Part shown: positions 54,151-64,000 of the stretch, one piece after another
Position numbering within the stretch: position 1 is the first letter of the stretch
Layout of the letters: every line of letters starts with the position of its first letter
NCBI GenBank assembly: GCA_964016885.1
Contig: OZ024742.1
Span: forward strand, 355,012,001 to 355,076,000
Direction: 5' to 3'
Length of the DNA: 64,000 bases
From: Eledone cirrhosa
Taxonomy: Eukaryota
Program-made: the position numbers and the translations under genes
Notes under the pieces: model-generated
Databases searched by the model: none
Told to the model about the DNA's origin: nothing
Seen by the model: only the letters and a program-made list of their open reading frames with translations

Positions 54151-57100
54151 GCTCAAGTATTAATGTAAGGGAGATATAGAGAGATATAGAGAGATATAGA
54201 GAGAGAAAAATTTAAAAATAGCCAGACATATTCGAGGCGTAGAAAACCCTATGTTTTAATGTATTAGTATTTATAAAACTTACACTATATTGTAAATATC
54301 AGTATTCCTGAATGAAACAAGTATTCACAATGCGTGAAAATTCATTATCTTATGTTTAGTTTTTTAAAAAATTCATATGTCTATGTGAATCCAACTGATT
54401 CACTCCGCAAATTCAAAGTTACCGGAAAACATTCTCAATGTGGTATAAACATTTGAGCGTATTATTATTCTTGCGATTACTCTACAAGATTATCTATCAA
54501 GCAGAAATAGAGAGCAGATTTCAATATACTAATCGAAAATATATATTATATTATAAGCAGAGATAACAATAATAATGATAATAAGTAAAAATATATAAAA
54601 ATATAAAAATATAGAATAGAAAACTAAAAAAGAATATTACGAAAGAATATTACATAATAAAAATATTGCATATTAAAAATACTATGTTTTAAAATTATTA
54701 CGTATTAAAACTTTACATATAAAAATATTAAAAATAAAAATAAAAATAAAATAAAATAAAAAATAAAAAATAAAAATATAAAAATATTATAGAATACTAC
54801 AATACTAAAAGAATAAAAATAAAAATAAAAATAAAAATAAAAATAAAAATAAAAATAAAAATAAAAATAAAAAATAAACCACAAAGAACAACCCTTCAAG
54901 GTTAATTGACAATATATTGCCAAGTTCACTACAAGACAAAGCCAAAAATTATCTATCAAATCACATCTAGCAAGGAATATCGCAAAAAAAAAAAAAAAAA
55001 AGGTTATGATGTCCAATAATGTCTACATATGTTCCTATATTTAATATATAAGTTTATCAAGTGTAAGGTTAATTCATAAAATTTGGAGCATCGGCTTTTA
55101 GGGTAGCTTAATTTTTCATGAGGAATGTTTAGATAAAAATAAAAATAAAAAATAAAAAATAAAATAAAAATAAATACAATAAAATAAACAGTAAAAAGAG
55201 GGAATCAAAGATTTAGGAATCAAAAGATTTATCGGCTAGTTCTCATATAAATATAAATCAAACTAAATATACTACATTTTAAATTTAAATTTATATTTAA
55301 ACGTTGAGTTTAATCTATGTTTGCAACAACTGAATAAATTTGTCCGTAGGTTAAGGGAATTTTTAGATTTTAGTATAAAGAATATCTCCTCTGCGCAGAG
55401 GTCACATGTCTCAGAGGATGAATTAAAAGGAATCCCTCTTGAGACTATATTCCAAGCCGTCGAATATCTAACGTTATCTAGCTTAAGTTGCCAGAGTACA
55501 CCTGATAGTGCCGTTGAAGATTTTTTATTTGGATCTGTGAAAGAATTCTTGTGGTTATTATAGCGAAGTTTAAATTCCGTCGATGTGGAACCGACGTAGT
55601 TAAAAGAATTAGAGTCAGTATTAACATTACAATTGTATACTATATTTTTAACTAAGCAGTTGTTATTTAACGGACATTTAGATCTATCTCTACAGTTGCA
55701 TTTGTTAACTTGTATATTATTTATGCTATTATCAGTAGTTTTTAAGTTCCTATTATTTATTCTATTAATATTTTGTGCTAAATTTTTGGTGGATGAATAG
55801 GTTAATTTAATTGTATGCCTATTGAAGATTGAGTGGTACCTATGTGTTCTAGGGAAGCGATTATCAAGAGCTTTGAAAAATAATTTAGCGATGTGGGTTT
55901 TAATGTTTAGTGAGAAAGGGGGGGCAAACCAAATTATGTTCCTAGTTCTATTTCTTTTTTGTCCTTTGGAATTATTGTAATGCTTTCTATTATAGTTGTT
56001 AATGTTGTTGCCATAATTAAAAAAGTTGTTACTTTGTTTAGTTTGTTTATCATTATCTATGTACACAATCTTATCAGCATACCCTGCCCTAGCTAGTGCA
56101 TCATTATAGTATTGGGCCTTTTCGTCAAAAATCTTTCTATTCGACGAGATCCTAGAGATACGCTTTTGGACTGAGTTTACTATAGTGTTTTTGACAGATC
56201 TGGGGTGGTTAGAGTTAAAGTTGACATAGTTTAAGTTTTCATTCAACTTGTGAAAAGGATAGTGGAGACATGTGTTGAGATTTAATGTTATATCTAGGAA
56301 ATTGACTATTCTATGGTTGTTCTCAATTTCTATTTTAAGGTTAAAGTAATTAAAAAATTTTGTAATTTGTTTACATTTTCTATTTAGTTCAGGGTTATTA
56401 TTATTAACCTCCGGTAGTACCAGGTATTTTCCTATGTAGCGAATTGATTAAAAATAAGCCCACAAGGTCAGTTACTTGAGCTGAGTCGGAAGATCCCATA
56501 GTTATGTCAAAATTGCTATCTCTATCTGCTCTGGTCCATAATTTGTCATCAAATTCTATCAAAGTTTTCCTAGCCGATAATATAATATGCATTTCTTTGC
56601 TAGTTAGGTCCGTATGTTTGAATGCGTAATTTAGTGCCTTATTTAGTAGACTAGGGGTAATAGAAGAATAATAGTTAGCTATATCAAGTTGAATAAACCT
56701 ATTATTATTGTCATATTTAATTTGCCTAAACCACTCAACAACCTCTCCGGTTCCCTTCCACAAGCTCAGGTTAGATACATAATCCAAGTTCTTAATTTGC
56801 AGTATCACCCTGTCAAGAATGTTTTTGCTTAATTTGCCCAGGTCCGATTTTGAAGGTGCGATTAATCTAACTGGCAGGTCAATCTCAAAATTCCTCTTGT
56901 GGTCCTTCATATTGATCTTCGGTTTCCTGGGCACAAAAGGTTGTGTTCTGTTCTCAATTTCCAACTCATGCATTATACAAGATGCTTCAACATTCATTTT
57001 CACAAGTTCGGTCTTATCTGCTACCTTGTATTTTTTCCTCAGCTCTTTCAGTATGAGGCCATTATACATGTCTTTCTGCACTCCATAGAGGTTGTTGGTC

Positions 57101-57503
57101 TTGTCAGATTTCACCAAGATCTTCTCAGTTTTCTCTAAGCTCTCAATGTTATCCTTAATGCCTTTCAGATATTCCTGGCCTTTAAAGTTTCTCTTGAATT
57201 TGACCCCTTGTATGATAGAAATTATATCGTTTTCAAAGTCAGATAAAAGTTTGTTAGGGGGTGGATTTCTTTTAGATTTGAAAACTTTGTTTAAGTCCGA
57301 GATATTTTCGTCTGCATTAAATTTATCAAAGTGGAATGCACGCCACCTGATTCTCCTTATAAAAGAGTCAGATTTATCTATTAGTTGTTTTACAAAGTCT
57401 TTGTTTCTAGGTAGAGGTATGTCTTTTAGAGAGGAAGTAATCTTAAAGAATTCCATTTTTCAGTTATAATATAAAGCGCTCAACAGTATTGGAGCAAGAT
57501 ACA
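53549..57503 (-). mobile_element. Young GLYRDD-type PLE, full 3955-bp unit 1
   Basis: ORF 57456-55272 is split by a 29-bp deletion at ~56405; 1.7-kb 3' UTR; the unit restarts at 57504. Confidence 0.95.
53681..53746 (-). ncRNA. Minimal type I HHR (unit 1)
   Basis: Reverse complement of 63463-63528. Confidence 0.78.
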
Positions 57504-58070
57504 TGTAAAGTTATATTTAAAATTGTTGGGTTACAACTAGTAAATATTTATAACTGATATAAAAGCACTCGACAAATACTTGGAGTATATTTACAATATT
57601 AAATAAATGGAAAACTATATTTATAAAACCATATTTATTTCATTATATATATTTCGGGGATATCATATTAACAATATGCTATGCCTTCATCAGACAAAAT
57701 ACAATATAAACAGTTTTATAGATAAATATATTCGACATACCGTAATAAACATCAACTTCATTTGAAGAGGTTCACTCTAGCAGTGAAAATACAGAGAGAA
57801 AGAAAGAGAGAGAGAAAAGAGGGAAATAAGAAAGAAAGAAAGACGAAACGAAGAAAAGGAAGAAAAAGAAGAAAAAGAAAAAGAAGAAATGCATGGGACA
57901 AAATAGAGAGATGGAAAAATAGATAAAGCGAAGAGCTTCATGTAAAGAGACCGAAAGAGATATATATATATATATAGAGAGAGGAAATAGAGATAGATAT
58001 ATATATAAATATAGATATAGAAAAATTAGGTAGTGGGAGGTCATTTTGAGTAAGTGTATCAATGATGCAT

Positions 58071-58105
<35 letters not shown>

Positions 58106-60240
58106 GCTCAAGTATTAATGTAAGGGAGATATAGAGAGATATAGAGAGATATAGAGAGAGAAAAATTTAAAAATAGCCAGACATATTCGAGGCGTAGAAA
58201 ACCCTATGTTTTAATGTATTAGTATTTATAAAACTTACACTATATTGTAAATATCAGTATTCCTGAATGAAACAAGTATTCACAATGCGTGAAAATTCAT
58301 TATCTTATGTTTAGTTTTTTAAAAAATTCATATGTCTATGTGAATCCAACTGATTCACTCCGCAAATTCAAAGTTACCGGAAAACATTCTCAATGTGGTA
58401 TAAACATTTGAGCGTATTATTATTCTTGCGATTACTCTACAAGATTATCTATCAAGCAGAAATAGAGAGCAGATTTCAATATACTAATCGAAAATATATA
58501 TTATATTATAAGCAGAGATAACAATAATAATAATGATAATAAGTAAAAATATATAAAAATATAAAAATATAGAATAGAAAACTAAAAAAGAATATTACGA
58601 AAGAATATTACATAATAAAAATATTGCATATTAAAAATACTATGTTTTAAAATTATTACGTATTAAAACTTTACATATAAAAATATTAAAAATAAAAATA
58701 AAAATAAAATAAAATAAAAAATAAAAAATAAAAATATAAAAATATTATAGAATACTACAATACTAAAAGAATAAAAATAAAAATAAAAATAAAAATAAAA
58801 ATAAAAATAAAAAATAAACCACAAAGAACAACCCTTCAAGGTTAATTGACAATATATTGCCAAGTTCACTACAAGACAAAGCCAAAAATTATCTATCAAA
58901 TCACATCTAGCAAGGAATATCGCAAAAAAAAAAAAAAAAAGGTTATGATGTCCAATAATGTCTACATATGTTCCTATATTTAATATATAAGTTTATCAGG
59001 TGTAAGGTTAATTCATAAAATTTGGAGCATCGGCTTTTAGGGTAGCTTAATTTTTCATGAGGAATGTTTAGATAAAAATAAAAATAAAAAATAAAAAATA
59101 AAATAAAAATAAATACAATAAAATAAACAGTAAAAAGAGGGAATCAAAGATTTAGGAATCAAAAGATTTATCGGCTAGTTCTCATATAAATATAAATCAA
59201 ACTAAATATACTACATTTTAAATTTAAATTTATATTTAAACGTTGAGTTTAATCTATGTTTGCAACAACTGAATAAATTTGTCCGTAGGTTAAGGGAATT
59301 TTTAGATTTTAGTATAAAGAATATCTCCTCTGCGCAGAGGTCACATGTCTCAGAGGATGAATTAAAAGGAATCCCTCTTGAGACTATATTCCAAGCCGTC
59401 GAATATCTAACGTTATCTAGCTTAAGTTGCCAGAGTACACCTGATAGTGCCGTTGAAGATTTTTTATTTGGATCTGTGAAAGAATTCTTGTGGTTATTAT
59501 AGCGAAGTTTAAATTCCGTCGATGTGGAACCGACGTAGTTAAAAGAATTAGAGTCAGTATTAACATTACAATTGTATACTATATTTTTAACTAAGCAGTT
59601 GTTATTTAACGGACATTTAGATCTATCTCTACAGTTGCATTTGTTAACTTGTATATTATTTATGCTATTATCAGTAGTTTTTAAGTTCCTATTATTTATT
59701 CTATTAATATTTTGTGCTAAATTTTTGGTGGATGAATAGGTTAATTTAATTGTATGCCTATTGAAGATTGAGTGGTACCTATGTGTTCTAGGGAAGCGAT
59801 TATCAAGAGCTTTGAAAAATAATTTAGCGATGTGGGTTTTAATGTTTAGTGAGAAAGGGGGGGCAAACCAAATTATGTTCCTAGTTCTATTTCTTTTTTG
59901 TCCTTTGGAATTATTGTAATGCTTTCTATTATAGTTGTTAATGTTGTTGCCATAATTAAAAAAGTTGTTACTTTGTTTAGTTTGTTTATCATTATCTATG
60001 TACACAATCTTATCAGCATACCCTGCCCTAGCTAGTGCATCATTATAGTATTGGGCCTTTTCGTCAAAAATCTTTCTATTCGACGAGATCCTAGAGATAC
60101 GCTTTTGGACTGAGTTTACTATAGTGTTTTTGACAGATCTGGGGTGGTTAGAGTTAAAGTTGACATAGTTTAAGTTTTCATTCAACTTGTGAAAAGGATA
60201 GTGGAGACATGTGTTGAGATTTAATGTTATATCTAGGAAA
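57504..60240 (-). mobile_element. Tandem unit 2 (5'-truncated) of the same PLE
   Basis: Near-identical to 53549-56300; ends at the inversion junction ~60240. Confidence 0.95.
57636..57701 (-). ncRNA. Minimal type I HHR (unit 2)
   Basis: Identical to 53681-53746. Confidence 0.78.
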
Positions 60241-61939
60241 ACCTTTTGTGCCCAGGAAACCGAAGATCAATATGAAGGACCACAAGAGGAATTTTGAGAT
60301 TGACCTGCCAGTTAGATTAATCGCACCTTCAAAATCGGACCTGGGCAAATTAAGCAAAAACATTCTTGACAGGGTGATACTGCAAATTAAGAACTTGGAT
60401 TATGTATCTAACCTGAGCTTGTGGAAGGGAACCGGAGAGGTTGTTGAGTGGTTTAGGCAAATTAAATATGACAATAATAATAGGTTTATTCAACTTGATA
60501 TAGCTAACTATTATTCTTCTATTACCCCTAGTCTACTAAATAAGGCACTAAATTACGCATTCAAACATACGGACCTAACTAGCAAAGAAATGCATATTAT
60601 ATTATCGGCTAGGAAAACTTTGATAGAATTTGATGACAAATTATGGACCAGAGCAGATAGAGATAGCAATTTTGACATAACTATGGGATCTTCCGACTCA
60701 GCTCAAGTAACTGACCTTGTGGGCTTATTTTTAATCAATTCGCTACATAGGAAAATACCTGGTACTACCGGAGGTTTATATAGGGATGACATGCTTTTAC
60801 TCATTAATAATAATAACCCTGAACTAAATAGAAAATGTAAACAAATTACAAAATTTTTTAATTACTTTAACCTTAAAATAGAAATTGAGAACAACCATAG
60901 AATAGTCAATTTCCTAGATATAACATTAAATCTCAACACATGTCTCCACTATCCTTTTCACAAGTTGAATGAAAACTTAAACTATGTCAACTTTAACTCT
61001 AACCACCCCAGATCTGTCAAAAACACTATAGTAAACTCAGTCCAAAAGCGTATCTCTAGGATCTCGTCGAATAGAAAGATTTTTGACGAAAAGGCCCAAT
61101 ACTATAATGATGCACTAGCTAGGGCAGGGTATGCTGATAAGATTGTGTACATAGATAATGATAAACAAACTAAACAAAGTAACAACTTTTTTAATTATGG
61201 CAACAACATTAACAACTATAATAGAAAGCATTACAATAATTCCAAAGGACAAAAAAGAAATAGAACTAGGAACATAATTTGGTTTGCCCCCCCTTTCTCA
61301 CTAAACATTAAAACCCACATCGCTAAATTATTTTTCAAAGCTCTTGATAATCGCTTCCCTAGAACACATAGGTACCACTCAATCTTCAATAGGCATACAA
61401 TTAAATTAACCTATTCATCCACCAAAAATTTAGCACAAAATATTAATAGAATAAATAATAGGAACTTAAAAACTACTGATAATAGCATAAATAATATACA
61501 AGTTAACAAATGCAACTGTAGAGATAGATCTAAATGTCCGTTAAATAACAACTGCTTAGTTAAAAATATAGTATACAATTGTAATGTTAATACTGACTCT
61601 AATTCTTTTAACTACGTCGGTTCCACATCGACGGAATTTAAACTTCGCTATAATAACCACAAGAATTCTTTCACAGATCCAAATAAAAAATCTTCAACGG
61701 CACTATCAGGTGTACTCTGGCAACTTAAGCTAGATAACGTTAGATATTCGACGGCTTGGAATATAGTCTCAAGAGGGATTCCTTTTAATTCATCCTCTGA
61801 GACATGTGACCTCTGCGCAGAGGAGATATTCTTTATACTAAAATCTAAAAATTCCCTTAACCTACGGACAAATTTATTCAGTTGTTGCAAACATAGATTA
61901 AACTCAACGTTTAAATATAAATTTAAATTTAAAATGTAG
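60240..61939 (+). CDS. PLE RT + GIY-YIG endonuclease, 5'-truncated, intact catalytic motifs (inverted unit 3)
   Basis: MKDHK, QLDIANYY, GGLYRDDML, NFLDIT, NSNHP, WFAPP, CNCRDRSKCPLNNNC, VYNC..YVGST, RYNNH, CDLCAEE, CKH. Confidence 0.92.
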
Positions 61940-63056
61940 TATATTTAGTTTGATTTATATTTATATGAGAACTAGCCGATAAATCTTTTGATTCCTAAAT
62001 CTTTGATTCCCTCTTTTTACTGTTTATTTTATTGTATTTATTTTTATTTTATTTTTTATTTTTTATTTTTATTTTTATCTAAACATTCCTCATGAAAAAT
62101 TAAGCTACCCTAAAAGCCGATGCTCCAAATTTTATGAATTAACCTTACACTTGATAAACTTATATATTAAATATAGGAACATATGTAGACATTATTGGAC
62201 ATCATAACCTTTTTTTTTTTTTTGCGATATTCCTTGCTAGATGTGATTTGATAGATAATTTTTGGCTTTGTCTTGTAGTGAACTTGGCAATATATTGTCA
62301 ATTAACCTTGAAGGGTTGTTCTTTGTGGTTTATTTTTTATTTTTATTTTTATTTTTATTTTTATTTTTATTTTTATTTTTATTTTTATTTTTATTCTTTT
62401 AGTATTGTAGTATTCTATAATATTTTTATATTTTTATTTTTTATTTTTTATTTTATTTTATTTTTATTTTTATTTTTAATATTTTTATATGTAAAGTTTT
62501 AATACGTAATAATTTTAAAACATAGTATTTTTAATATGCAATATTTTTATTATGTAATATTCTTTCGTAATATTCTTTTTTAGTTTTCTATTCTATATTT
62601 TTATATTTTTATATATTTTTACTTATTATCATTATTATTGTTATCTCTGCTTATAATATAATATATATTTTCGATTAGTATATTGAAATCTGCTCTCTAT
62701 TTCTGCTTGATAGATAATCTTGTAGAGTAATCGCAAGAATAATAATACGCTCAAATGTTTATACCACATTGAGAATGTTTTCCGGTAACTTTGAATTTGC
62801 GGAGTGAATCAGTTGGATTCACATAGACATATGAATTTTTTAAAAAACTAAACATAAGATAATGAATTTTCACGCATTGTGAATACTTGTTTCATTCAGG
62901 AATACTGATATTTACAATATAGTGTAAGTTTTATAAATACTAATACATTAAAACATAGGGTTTTCTACGCCTCGAATATGTCTGGCTATTTTTAAATTTT
63001 TCTCTCTCTATATCTCTCTATATCTCTCTATATCTCCCTTACATTAATACTTGAGC

Positions 63057-63091
<35 letters not shown>

Positions 63092-63462
63092 ATGCATCAT
63101 TGATACACTTACTCAAAATGACCTCCCACTACCTAATTTTTCTATATCTATATTTATATATATATCTATCTCTATTTCCTCTCTCTATATATATATATAT
63201 ATATCTCTTTCGGTCTCTTTACATGAAGCTCTTCGCTTTATCTATTTTTCCATCTCTCTATTTTGTCCCATGCATTTCTTCTTTTTCTTTTTCTTCTTTT
63301 TCTTCCTTTTCTTCGTTTCGTCTTTCTTTCTTTCTTATTTCCCTCTTTTCTCTCTCTCTTTCTTTCTCTCTGTATTTTCACTGCTAGAGTGAACCTCTTC
63401 AAATGAAGTTGATGTTTATTACGGTATGTCGAATATATTTATCTATAAAACTGTTTATATTG

Positions 63463-63528
63463 TATTTTGTCTGATGAAGGCATAGCATATTGTTAATATG
63501 ATATCCCCGAAATATATATAATGAAATA
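63463..63528 (+). ncRNA. Minimal type I HHR; predicted cleavage after 63520 (AUA)
   Basis: tattttgt-CTGATGA-agg..catatt gtt aatatg..ccc-GAAA-tatata-TA-atgaaata. Confidence 0.78.
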
Positions 63529-63707
63529 AATATGGTTTTATAAATATAGTTTTCCATTTATTTAATATTGTAAATATACTCCAAGTATTTGTCGAGTGCT
63601 TTTATATCAGTTATAAATATTTACTAGTTGTAACCCAACAATTTTAAATATAACTTTACATGTATCTTGCTCCAATACTGTTGAGCGCTTTATATTATAA
63701 CTGAAAA

Positions 63708-64000
63708 ATGGAATTCTTTAAGATTACTTCCTCTCTAAAAGACATACCTCTACCTAGAAACAAAGACTTTGTAAAACAACTAATAGATAAATCTGACTCT
63801 TTTATAAGGAGAATCAGGTGGCGTGCATTCCACTTTGATAAATTTAATGCAGACGAAAATATCTCGGACTTAAACAAAGTTTTCAAATCTAAAAGAAATC
63901 CACCCCCTAACAAACTTTTATCTGACTTTGAAAACGATATAATTTCTATCATACAAGGGGTCAAATTCAAGAGAAACTTTAAAGGCCAGGAATATCTGAA
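63708..64000 (+). CDS. N-terminus of the next tandem PLE ORF (MEFFKITSSLKDIPLP...), runs off the window
   Basis: Reverse complement of 57456-57164. Confidence 0.9.
   Translation, partial: MEFFKITSSLKDIPLPRNKDFVKQLIDKSDSFIRRIRWRAFHFDKFNADENISDLNKVFKSKRNPPPNKLLSDFENDIISIIQGVKFKRNFKGQEYL

Noticed and set aside
60224-60240. Start of the 571-aa ORF (MLYLGK)
   Set aside because: Comes from the opposite-strand arm across the inversion junction; the true N-terminus is seen at 57456 and 63708.

Overview
Eukaryotic, AT-rich, repeat-saturated animal DNA. The (TA)n/(CA)n microsatellites and SINE types suggest an octopod cephalopod (inference). No clear host protein-coding gene is visible, only a possible promoter and exons at ~36.3-38.9 kb. 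The window is dominated by Penelope-like retroelements (PLEs; RT + C-terminal GIY-YIG endonuclease) of at least three lineages: Neptune-like WKRYLDD, a GGLYRDD/CNC..CPL type (probably Nematis-like), and a third YVDD-type. Almost all sit in (TA)n tracts as tandem or inverted (fold-back) structures, alongside one CR1/L2-group LINE fragment and one R4/Dong-like RLE LINE in (TAA)n. Reading the non-coding pieces by eye reveals more than 25 type-I hammerhead ribozyme (HHR) motifs, intact or decayed. They include recurrent non-canonical cores: a U3-A8 swap, a C at position 4, and a helix-II-less form. There are also two non-coding tandem HHR units (318 nt and ~662 nt) that look like retrozymes, many short HHR-bearing fold-back elements, and a very young ~3.96-kb PLE multimer forming a >3 kb-arm palindrome at the window end. 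All folds were inferred by eye; no computation or database search was run.
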